Below are positions 56,098 to 64,000 of a stretch of 64,000 bases of DNA, piece by piece (position 1 is the first letter of the stretch; every line of letters starts with the position of its first letter). Source of the stretch: an uncultured Solibacteraceae bacterium. GTDB taxonomy: Bacteria > Acidobacteriota > Terriglobia > Bryobacterales > Bryobacteraceae. Position numbers and translations under genes: made by a program. The stretch is taken from assembly GCA_963835555.1 (NCBI GenBank), contig CAWIGC010000036.1, positions 34,231-98,230 on the forward strand, read 5' to 3'. The notes beneath the pieces are model-generated. The model searched no databases, was not told the origin of the DNA, and worked only from the letters and a program-made list of their open reading frames with translations.

Positions 56098-57612
56098 GTG
56101 AGAAAAATATCGCTGCTTGCATTAGCAATTCCGGCCGCCGCGCTGCTGATCCCCGGCCAGCCCGCCAAGGTGCGTTACATCAACCCGCTTTCCATCGAAG
56201 ACACGCGCAGCATCGCGGATCCGACTGCGATTCGCTTTGAAGGAAAATACTACCTGTTCCTGTCCGGTGGAATCGTCTGGACCTCCGGCGACCTGGTGCA
56301 CTGGGAGCATCATCCCCTGACCCTGCCGGGCGGCCGTCGCGTGACTGCGCCGAATGCTTTCGCTTACCAGGGAAAGTTCTATCTCACCGGGAATAACACC
56401 GGGCTCTTTCGCGGACCAGGGCCGCTTGGTCCTTACGAATACCTGGGCGACTTTCACGACGTCAAAGGCGGGAAGATCCTCCTGTTCGATTCCATGGGGT
56501 TCGCCGATACCGGCGGCCGCATTTACATGTACTACTCAGGCGGCCACACCGACGGCATTTACGGCGTGGAACTCGATGGCAAAGACCTCACGCGGTTTGC
56601 CGGACCCGTCCAAAAACTCTGGACCTTCAACCCCGCGCACGTCTGGGAGCGCTACGGAGACAACAACGAAGGCGCCGAAGTAAGCTGGCTCGAAGCGCCG
56701 TGGATGACCAAACACAACGGCACTTACTATCTTCAGTATTCCGCCCCGGGTACCGAGTGGAAGACCTATGCCGTGGGCGTTTACACCAGCAAGCATCCGC
56801 TGGGTCCATTCACTTATGCGCCGCGCAACCCCATCCTGGTACACCGGAACGGTATGATCAACGGCACCGGACATCATAGTGTGGTCGAAGGACCCGATGG
56901 CAACCTGTGGGCCGTCTATACGATCCTGTATCGCAACTGGAGCGTCTTCGACCGTCGTATCGGCATGGACCCGGTGGGCTTCGACGAAAAAGGGAACATG
57001 TTCGTCCACGGGCCTTCGGAGACGCCGCAGTGGGCGCCGGGGACGGCGCCGAAACCGTGGCTGGGCAACGACAGCGGCTCAATCGCGCTGTCCCTCAACC
57101 GGTACAGTTGGGCGGCCAGCAGTTCCCGCCCGGGTCGCGACGCCATGTACGCCTTCGACAACAATGTGAGGACGTGGTGGCAGCCGGCCGGGACGGACAA
57201 TCAGCCGTGGCTTATGCTGGACCTGGGTTGCCGCAATCCCACCGATCCGAATCAGGAGTTCATGATCGATTCCGTGCGGATTCTGCTCGACGCCGCACCG
57301 CCGGAGCATCCCGAACTGAACGTGGACGGGCACAAAGGCTGGTATCCCAGCGCCGGCCGCGGAATTGCCCCTGCCGCCTACCCGTACAAAATCGAGGTGT
57401 CGCTGGATAACAGGACGTACACCACGGTGGCGGACCGCACGCATATCGCGAAAGTTCAAAATGTAGAATTCGCAGAGTTTCCGCCGGTCCGTTGCCGGTA
57501 TGTGAAGCTGACTCTTACCGCTCTTCCCAAGACCGGGTCGCTGGCGGTCCTGGATTTCACCGTGTTCGGCAAGGCGGCGTCAGGTTCCACTCAAGCGGCG
57601 CCCCTGCCTTAA
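56098..57612 (+). CDS. GH43-like beta-propeller glycoside hydrolase with a C-terminal F5/8 type C (discoidin) domain
   Basis: Signal peptide, ...IADPTAIRFEGKYYLFLSGG... propeller blades, and a C-terminal ...YAFDNNVRTWWQP...VKLTLTALPK discoidin-like CBM. Confidence 0.6.
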   Translation: MRKISLLALAIPAAALLIPGQPAKVRYINPLSIEDTRSIADPTAIRFEGKYYLFLSGGIVWTSGDLVHWEHHPLTLPGGRRVTAPNAFAYQGKFYLTGNNTGLFRGPGPLGPYEYLGDFHDVKGGKILLFDSMGFADTGGRIYMYYSGGHTDGIYGVELDGKDLTRFAGPVQKLWTFNPAHVWERYGDNNEGAEVSWLEAPWMTKHNGTYYLQYSAPGTEWKTYAVGVYTSKHPLGPFTYAPRNPILVHRNGMINGTGHHSVVEGPDGNLWAVYTILYRNWSVFDRRIGMDPVGFDEKGNMFVHGPSETPQWAPGTAPKPWLGNDSGSIALSLNRYSWAASSSRPGRDAMYAFDNNVRTWWQPAGTDNQPWLMLDLGCRNPTDPNQEFMIDSVRILLDAAPPEHPELNVDGHKGWYPSAGRGIAPAAYPYKIEVSLDNRTYTTVADRTHIAKVQNVEFAEFPPVRCRYVKLTLTALPKTGSLAVLDFTVFGKAASGSTQAAPLP

Positions 57613-57642
57613 CCGGCAAAAGCTACTCTTACGGAAACACCT

Positions 57643-59755
57643 ATGACGCAATCTCATCCCATATTTCGACTCGCAACGCTGGCAACCGCGCTTGCCGCAG
57701 CCGCTCTGGCACAGGGGCTTTCCCCAATGCGCCCGCCGGCGGTGCCCCTGGTGGCGCACGATCCCTACTTCAGCATCTGGTCCAATACCGACCATCTCAA
57801 CGATGCCGGAACCGTACACTGGACCGGCAAACCGAACAGCCTGACCGGACTGCTGCGTATCGACGGGCTGACCTACCAGGTGATGGGGCGCGAACGGCAG
57901 GGCGCTCAGCCTCTGCCGCAAACCCGGGTCGAGGTGCTGCCGACCCGCACCATCTACGAGTTTGCCGGCGCGGGAGTCACCCTGGCCCTCACGTTCTTTA
58001 CGCCGGCGCTCCCCCAGGATCTCGACGTACTTTCCCGCCCCCTTACCTACCTGGAGTGGCGGGTCTCTTCGGCGGACGGCAATGCTCACGAGGTCGCCGC
58101 ATACTTCGATGCCGGCGCGGACTTGGTGGTGAATACCGCCGATCAACCGGTCATCTGGTCGCGATATCAACTGGATGGGCAGCCCGTGCTGCGCATGGGA
58201 TCGCGGGAGCAGGCGGTCCTGGCCAAGCGGGGCGATGACCTGCGGATTGACTGGGGCTATCTGTACCTGGCGGCCGATCGCGCCGAAGGAATCACCTCCG
58301 TGGGCATGGCGCACGGCGAAGCGATGGCGGCCTTCCGGAGCGGTGGCCGCCTGCCGGATTCGGACGATTTCAGTGAGCGGCCGGCGCCGCGGCGGGGTGC
58401 GGGACAGGTCCTTGCCATGAGCATCGATCTTGGACGCGTCGGCACGCAGCCGGTGTCGCGATATTTAATGCTGGCCTACGACGATCTGTACTCCATCGAA
58501 TACTTCCAGCGGCGCGAACGTGCCTGGTGGCGGCGCAAAGGCGCCGGGATGAGCGACCTGCTCCGCCTGGCACGCAAAGAGCACGATTCGCTCGCGGAAC
58601 GCGGCACGGCCTTCGACGACGAATTGATGGCGGATCTGCGGCGCGCGGGCGGCGAAAAGTACGCCCGCCTGGCAGCACTGGCTTACCGCCAGATGCTGGC
58701 CGCGCACAAGCTGGTGGCGGACGTCGATGGCACCGCCCTGTACTTCCCCAAAGAGAATTTCAGCAACGGCTGCATCGCCACCGTGGACGTCATCTATCCC
58801 AGTTCGCCGTTCACCCTGCTGTTCAGCCCCGATTGCTGCAGGCGCAGCTTCAGCCGGTGCTGGACTATGCCCGCATGGCCGCGCTGGCCATGGCCCTTCG
58901 CGCCGCACGACCTGGGCACCTATCCGCAGGCCAACGGGCAGGTCTATGGCGGCGGCGAGCGCACCGAAGACGAACCAGATGCCGGTGGAGGAGAGCGGCA
59001 ATATGCTGATCATGGTGGCCGCGCTGGCGCGCGTGCAGGGCAATGCCGCCTTTGCCGAGCAGTACTGGCCGCAGCTCACGCAGTGGGCCGAGTATCTGAA
59101 GGAGAAAGGGCTGGACCCCGAGAACCAGCTTTCGACCGACGATTTCGCCGGCCACCTGGCCCACAACGCCAACCTCTCCATCAAGGCGATCCTGGCGCTG
59201 GGAGCTTACGCGCATGCTGGCCGAGATGACCGGCCACAAGCAGGATGCCGCGCTCTATCGCAAGACGGCGGAGGAGTTCGCGAAGAAGTGGGTCGGAGCT
59301 GGCGGCCGACGGCGACCACTACAAACTGGCCTTCGACCAGGCCGGGCACCTGGAGCCAGAAGTACAACCTGGTGTGGGACAAACTGCTGGGCCTCAACCT
59401 GTTCCCCGCCGAGGTGGCCCGCAAGGAGATCGCGTTCTACAAGACCAAGCTGAACAAGTACGGCCTGCCGCTCGACAATCGCAAGGATTACACCAAGCTC
59501 GATTGGATTCTGTGGACGGCCACGCTGGCCGGCGATGCCGCCGATTTCGAAGCGATCGTGGCGCCGGCCTATCGGTTCGCCAACGAATCACCGAGCCGCG
59601 TTCCGCTCACCGACTGGTACGACACGGTGACAGGAAAACAGCAGGGATTCCAGGCGCGCTCGGTAGTCGGCGGGCTGTTCGTGAAAATGCTCGCCGATCC
59701 GGCAATGTGGAAGAAGTATTCCCATCGCGACGTAGCGGACAGAGTAGGGCAATAG
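57643..59755 (+). pseudogene. Glutaminase-A-like protein (DUF4964/DUF5127/DUF4965/DUF1793 architecture) with about 2 frameshifts
   Basis: Signal peptide, ...PLVAHDPYFSIWSNTDHLNDAGTVHWTGK...; ORFs 57643..59229 and 58727..59755 overlap, with a frame change at about 58,800-59,250. Confidence 0.55.
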
Positions 59756-59829
59756 AGTCTCCCGGCTCGACGTTCCGCGGCTCTCCATCGAAACAGCCAA
59801 CCGTTGCGCGGGTCCCTCGCCGCCGGCCA

Positions 59830-60855
59830 TCAATCGGACTGGCGAAATCGCACGTACAGAGCTGCCGGCCACTGGAACCCGGAAGCTCCCCGCCATTCTA
59901 TCGGTTCGACCGGCTCAAGGGTCGGCAATCTGCGGACCAGCGCGGCAGTCCCGAACGTGGCTGCCATGCGGATCAGGGACGCGCCGGCGCATGCATGCGG
60001 CCCTGCGCCCAGGGCGACGTGTGCCCCGGCGTGACGCGTCACACGGAGCTGGTTCGGTTCCGGAAATTGAGCGCCGTCGCGGTTGGCGGAACATAGAAGC
60101 AACACCGCTCGCTCGCCTTCGGCAACGGTCGCCTCACCGATCGTCACCTCATCGAGAGCCACACGGAATATCCGCCGGGCCAGGCCGGCATAGCGAAGCA
60201 GTTCTTCGATAGCCGAAGGCAGCAGGTTCGGATTGTACCGGAGACAGGCGAGTTCCTCCGGATGGCGCAACAGCGCCAGCCAGGCAGTCGCCAGAAAGCA
60301 GGGCAGCGTCTGGGAGAGCGCCACGAAGGCCGCCGCAGCCATCGGAATGTTTCTGTCCGGAATGCTCCGTTCCAGCTCCGGATTTGCTGCCCTGGCGGCG
60401 CTCTGCAGTTGCGAATCGTCGGGGTTGGCGGCGGCCGCCGATATCTGTTCCGCCAAAACCATCAGCCGTTCCGCATCCGCGGCATCCGCGCCGGTAACGG
60501 CAAGGGCCAAATCGGCACACCACGGCCGCGCGAATTCTTCCACCAGGTCCACCGCCCGATTCGCAGGTAAGGCGTTCATGCCGCGGTGAGCTGCAGGCTC
60601 GAGCGCCTGTTGCCATTCCAGGAGCCGGGCGCGGGACAACGCAACCTGGGTACGGGCGCGCAAACCGGCTTGCTGGTCTCTGTGCTCGACGCTCGCGCAA
60701 TCTGCGCGCTTCGCGCCGGCCGGCCACAGGCGCGGAGCGTGCAGGGCGGCGAGCACATCCGCGTAACGGCTCAATACCCATGCCTGCATCTGCCGGTCGA
60801 AATAGGCAGCTTGCGGCGCAGAGGGTGAAAGCGGGTCGCTGGATTCGAGGCTCAT
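59830..60855 (-). CDS. Cytochrome P450 (unusually short, about 340 aa from the likely start MSLESSDPLSP)
   Basis: ExxR (AIEELLRYAG) and the heme-binding loop LGAGPHACAGASL. The ORF extends to 60900 and overlaps the radical-SAM stop. Confidence 0.7.
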   Translation of the reverse strand: MSLESSDPLSPSAPQAAYFDRQMQAWVLSRYADVLAALHAPRLWPAGAKRADCASVEHRDQQAGLRARTQVALSRARLLEWQQALEPAAHRGMNALPANRAVDLVEEFARPWCADLALAVTGADAADAERLMVLAEQISAAAANPDDSQLQSAARAANPELERSIPDRNIPMAAAAFVALSQTLPCFLATAWLALLRHPEELACLRYNPNLLPSAIEELLRYAGLARRIFRVALDEVTIGEATVAEGERAVLLLCSANRDGAQFPEPNQLRVTRHAGAHVALGAGPHACAGASLIRMAATFGTAALVRRLPTLEPVEPIEWRGASGFQWPAALYVRFRQSD

Positions 60856-61835
60856 TCCGCCGGCGCTTTCCAGTTTAGCGAGCACACGCAGCGCTGGCAC
60901 ACGGGATCCGTAGCGACATCCAGCCGGGATCGGAACTCCAGCCCCGCCGGGCCGTTCAACACAGCGGCCAATCCGTCATCCCCGACGCGGCCAATGGGCC
61001 GGTGGAAGAAGCACGGACGCACCAGGCCATCGCTTTCGATCACGGCCGATACCCATGGCGCATTGCACCGCGGAGCCTCCGGTTGGCACAAACCCTCACG
61101 GGCGCGAAAGTGGAGCGCGATGCGGCGCAATTTGTCCGCAGTATCGGCCAGAAACCGGTCGCCGCCCCACTCCTCCAGCAGCGCCTCGATCTCCGCCTCC
61201 AATGCAGGCAATTCCGCCGCGCCGGGAGCGATTTCGGCCTGTCGCGACGGAGTCCATCCCTCGGGCCGGTTGAATGCGCCGGAGCTCACATCGGCGGCGA
61301 GAAACGAAATCGATTCCAGGCCCATATCCCGTGCCGCGCGCGCAGTAGCGCGGAGGCAGTGGAAATTCTCGCGCTGCACGGTGCACCGTGCGAGAATCGG
61401 AAACCCGGGACGCACGCGATGGATGGCCGCGACGCCCGCCGCAAGCCGGTCGAAGGCCCCCATGACGCGGCGAATGCGGTCGTGGACCGGGGCCGGCCCG
61501 TCGAGCGACACGATCGCATCGTCCACGTGCTCCGCGATGTTCGCGGCATCGCGTTCCAGCAGCAATCCGGTGCTCAGAATGGTGGTGCGGATTCCCAGAC
61601 TCCTCAGGGCCGCGCACAACGGGAACAGGTTCGAGTGCATGAGCGGCTCTCCGCCCGACAGCACTACCCAGCGCACCGACAGGCGCCGAAAATCTTCGAG
61701 GTAGCGCTCCCACTCGCGGTCGCCGATTTCGCGCGCGTCGGTGGCTTTCCAGATGTCGCACATCACGCAGCGGCAATTGCAGCGGCTGTGCGGATAGAGC
61801 ACCACTACCGGCAGCGACTCTACCACGTGGTTCAT
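60852..61835 (-). CDS. Radical SAM enzyme with a SPASM/twitch-like C-terminal Cys cluster
   Basis: An N-terminal CxxxCxxC (SRCNCRCVMCDIW), a GGEPLM SAM-binding motif, and C-terminally C-x12-G-x4-C followed by CQRCVC. Confidence 0.75.
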   Translation of the reverse strand: MNHVVESLPVVVLYPHSRCNCRCVMCDIWKATDAREIGDREWERYLEDFRRLSVRWVVLSGGEPLMHSNLFPLCAALRSLGIRTTILSTGLLLERDAANIAEHVDDAIVSLDGPAPVHDRIRRVMGAFDRLAAGVAAIHRVRPGFPILARCTVQRENFHCLRATARAARDMGLESISFLAADVSSGAFNRPEGWTPSRQAEIAPGAAELPALEAEIEALLEEWGGDRFLADTADKLRRIALHFRAREGLCQPEAPRCNAPWVSAVIESDGLVRPCFFHRPIGRVGDDGLAAVLNGPAGLEFRSRLDVATDPVCQRCVCSLNWKAPAE

Positions 61836-62998
61836 GCGGCAACTCCCTTTCCTGCCAGCCGGAAGTCATCGCCCAGAACCTCCGCGGCGGACCGCGTCAG
61901 CGCGGCTACATCACAGGCAACCTGCCAGCGGCCGCGCCCCTGCATTTCGATCGGCTGAAGCTGTCCGTCAACCAGCGGGGCCACCTGCGCAGCCATCGCC
62001 GCAGTAACCAATTTCACCCGGCCTCCTACCAGCACCATGGCGGGATTCATTCCCAACAGCGCCTCGGCCGGAGTTTGTCCGTGGTCGGGCGTCACCACCA
62101 GGTCGGCCATGCCGCCGGCGCGAATGCTCCCCTCTCCGCATTCCAGTCGCAGCATTCGGGCAGGAATATCCGTCACCATTCGATACACGCGTTCGATACC
62201 GGCCTGGCGGCGCGCCCATTCGATCTCATCGATCAGATCGCCGGCGCCGGTCAGCGCCGAGTCCGTTCCGAGGGCGATCGGGAGATCGGACTGTAGAACT
62301 TCCGTGGACAGGCTCCGCCCCAGGACGAACAGGTTGGAGCTTGGGCACCACACCAGGGAGGCGCCGCGCTGCCGCATGAGGGCGACCCCGTCCGCGTCCA
62401 GTGCGACCCCGTGCACAACGATAGTGGTTGGCCCCAGAACGCCGGCGGCGTCCAGGCAGTGAATTTCGTCGCGCGCTCCGGCATCGGTACCCTCGCCCGC
62501 ATGAATCAGGAACGGCGCACCGGAAGGCCGGCCGGCATAGGCGGTCGCCACGTCTCCGTCAAATCGTAAAGAATGCGCCCATGCCATACGCCGGATCACG
62601 CGAACCGGAAAATCCCGCTCGAAGACCGCCGGCTCATATGGATTGTGATGCGCCACGGTAGTGACGCCCGACAGCAGATTTTTGATGCCTCCCCACAGGA
62701 GCCGCAATTCTTTGGGGATCCGCAGATGCTCGCGCACAGGCGACTCGTGCGGCCGGTAGATATCCTCCGCCCATGCCGTCGCATTAGCGTAGGGGCCGCT
62801 GCCGAGGCGCGGAAAGAGATTGAATTCCAAATGGTCGTGGGCGTTGATCAAGCCGGGCAGGACCAAAAATCCACTCAGGTCCAAAACAGGACCGCATCCA
62901 GAGTGAGCGCCAGGACGGACGCGTCCGGCCTCGATGCTCAAATCCAGGGGCAAGGCTTCGGTGGCATTCCGTGCGACCCTGGCGCCTTTCAGGATCAT
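61832..62998 (-). CDS. Amidohydrolase-family metal-dependent hydrolase
   Basis: HxH metal motif (LPGLINAHDHLEF), later His/Asp ligands and a TIM-barrel amidohydrolase fold. Overlaps its neighbours by 4 nt. Confidence 0.7.
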   Translation of the reverse strand: MILKGARVARNATEALPLDLSIEAGRVRPGAHSGCGPVLDLSGFLVLPGLINAHDHLEFNLFPRLGSGPYANATAWAEDIYRPHESPVREHLRIPKELRLLWGGIKNLLSGVTTVAHHNPYEPAVFERDFPVRVIRRMAWAHSLRFDGDVATAYAGRPSGAPFLIHAGEGTDAGARDEIHCLDAAGVLGPTTIVVHGVALDADGVALMRQRGASLVWCPSSNLFVLGRSLSTEVLQSDLPIALGTDSALTGAGDLIDEIEWARRQAGIERVYRMVTDIPARMLRLECGEGSIRAGGMADLVVTPDHGQTPAEALLGMNPAMVLVGGRVKLVTAAMAAQVAPLVDGQLQPIEMQGRGRWQVACDVAALTRSAAEVLGDDFRLAGKGVAA

Positions 62999-63651
62999 AT
63001 CTTTCGCCAGCTCCCGATCCAGAGGGCCGGAATTCGCGTGTAGGCTTCGAACGCCCCGCCTTTACCCGCGGCCAAAAAGGTGCCTCTCTCCGGTTCGCCG
63101 AATGGCGCCTGCCGCTGCGTTTCCGCGTGCAGACCCGCGTGCCGGGCCGCCGCCCCAATCCGTTGCGTGGACCAGGCGGAGTGCTCCATCTCGTAGCGCA
63201 CTCCGCCGGTACGAAACGATCGGGTCCATCCAGCCGCGACCGCCGCCGGATCCAGCTCACTGATGATTACACGGCCCCCGCGGCGCGTGATTCGAGCCAT
63301 CTCGCCGACGACGCAGTCGAGATCCCGAAAATAACCGATCGCCAGACAGCAAATCGTGATGTCCGCGATGGCCGGCGCGAACGGCAGACGCGCCGCGTCG
63401 CCCAATGCCACCCGGCCGCCCACCTGGCAGGCCATCTCCTCGCAGAAGTCCACTCCCGCTACGGAAGCACCTTCCGCTTCCATGCGCCGCATCCAACGCC
63501 CCGTTCCGCATGCTACATCGACGATGCGTTTGGACGCGAACGGTCCCACTACTTCCGGCAGCAGCCGGCTCTCCAATGCCAGCAGCGGATTCGGCGCGGT
63601 GTCGTACGTAGACGCCCACAAGCGATGTCCTTCCAGCGCCGAAACCAGCAT
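62995..63651 (-). CDS. Class I SAM-dependent methyltransferase
   Basis: Motif I VDVACGTGRW and a post-I acidic residue (AGVDFCEEM). 218 aa. Confidence 0.7.
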   Translation of the reverse strand: MLVSALEGHRLWASTYDTAPNPLLALESRLLPEVVGPFASKRIVDVACGTGRWMRRMEAEGASVAGVDFCEEMACQVGGRVALGDAARLPFAPAIADITICCLAIGYFRDLDCVVGEMARITRRGGRVIISELDPAAVAAGWTRSFRTGGVRYEMEHSAWSTQRIGAAARHAGLHAETQRQAPFGEPERGTFLAAGKGGAFEAYTRIPALWIGSWRKI

Positions 63652-64000
63652 CTACAGACTCTCCATGCGCGGCCGGCGCAAGGCCACCAGGCGTTGTGCC
63701 CATTGCAGTTCGAGCGGCCAATCGTAAAAGCCCACGGAATAACGCCAACTGCTCAGCGTCTTAAGCATGGCCCGGCCCCACCCCGGAAGATGGATATCCT
63801 GGATCGTCGGCCAGCGCGAGTTCACCACTAACTCGAAATTGTCGATCCGTCGCTGGATCGCGCCGGGGAGCCAGTCCAGATGGGGATCCTGACGCGTGGT
63901 GAAGTTGTACCACCGCTCGGTGGCCCACTCTTCCGGAGTCGATGGGAACTGAATCTGGCCCTCGACGCCACCGTACATTCCGTCCGGGTGAGGCGTAGGA
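63652..64000 (-). CDS. Hypothetical protein, C-terminal part only (gene continues beyond the window edge)
   Basis: The ORF is open to the window end and abuts the methyltransferase start. No family recognised. Confidence 0.35.
   Translation of the reverse strand, partial: PTPHPDGMYGGVEGQIQFPSTPEEWATERWYNFTTRQDPHLDWLPGAIQRRIDNFELVVNSRWPTIQDIHLPGWGRAMLKTLSSWRYSVGFYDWPLELQWAQRLVALRRPRMESL

Noticed and set aside
59830-60900. P450 ORF N-terminal 15 codons (MPALRVLAKLESAGG)
   Set aside because: These codons overlap the radical-SAM gene's 3' end. The start at MSLESSDPLSP (60855), directly after the rSAM stop, is more plausible, although it leaves an unusually short P450.

Overview
This is a high-GC (about 62-65%) chromosomal window. 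The protein families point to an Acidobacteria-like genome, with many carboxypeptidase-regulatory-domain proteins and TonB-dependent receptors.

**Left end, 1-8 kb.** This is a mobile, decayed accessory patch. It holds an IS21-family element (istA/istB). The IS has inserted next to, or into, a ParB-like nuclease gene paired with a zinc-ribbon gene. HEAT-repeat gene fragments follow, then two 49-bp tRNA-3'-end-like direct repeats that flank a HEAT-repeat ORF, and finally an IS1380-like DDE transposase.

**8-15.4 kb.** An intact ybhGFSR/cecR-like efflux operon: TetR, TolC, HlyD, two ABC ATPases and two ABC-2 permeases.

**15.7-18.1 kb.** An nfo gene (endonuclease IV) and a secreted carboxypeptidase-regulatory-domain repeat protein.

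**18.1-33 kb.** Nearly every high-GC gene in this block carries several single-nucleotide frameshifts. The affected genes are leuS, rlmD/rumA, trpS, an MFS transporter, a CocE/NonD peptidase and two SPFH genes. Either this is real pseudogenisation of a duplicated or transferred segment, or indel errors are concentrated in this stretch of the assembly.

- Inside the block, a dinJ-yafQ toxin-antitoxin cassette sits immediately after leuS. It is followed by a diverged, deletion-bearing second copy of the leuS 3' 1.1 kb.
- A lower-GC AraC + alpha/beta-hydrolase pair inside the block is intact.

**33-40 kb.** Intact ilvB-ilvH-ilvC-cimA operon. It is preceded by a clear Ile/Leu/Val-rich leader peptide and a rho-independent attenuator.

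**40-46 kb.** Regulators, a frameshifted aldolase, a truncated solute symporter, gene fragments (a BNR/YwqK-repeat fragment and a sulfatase C-terminus), pdxA and a GntR regulator.

**46-59.8 kb.** A glycan/sialic-acid utilisation cluster: TonB-dependent receptor, GH33 sialidase, NanA-like lyase, MFS transporter, an 887-aa Tat-secreted protein of unknown function, GH43 with a discoidin domain, and a glutaminase-A-like protein.

**Right end, 59.8-64 kb.** A co-directional, overlapping operon: a partial hypothetical protein, a SAM methyltransferase, an amidohydrolase, a radical-SAM/SPASM enzyme and a cytochrome P450. It runs off the window edge and is a candidate specialised-metabolite (possibly RiPP) cluster.

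No rRNA genes, CRISPR arrays or complete tRNA genes were seen.
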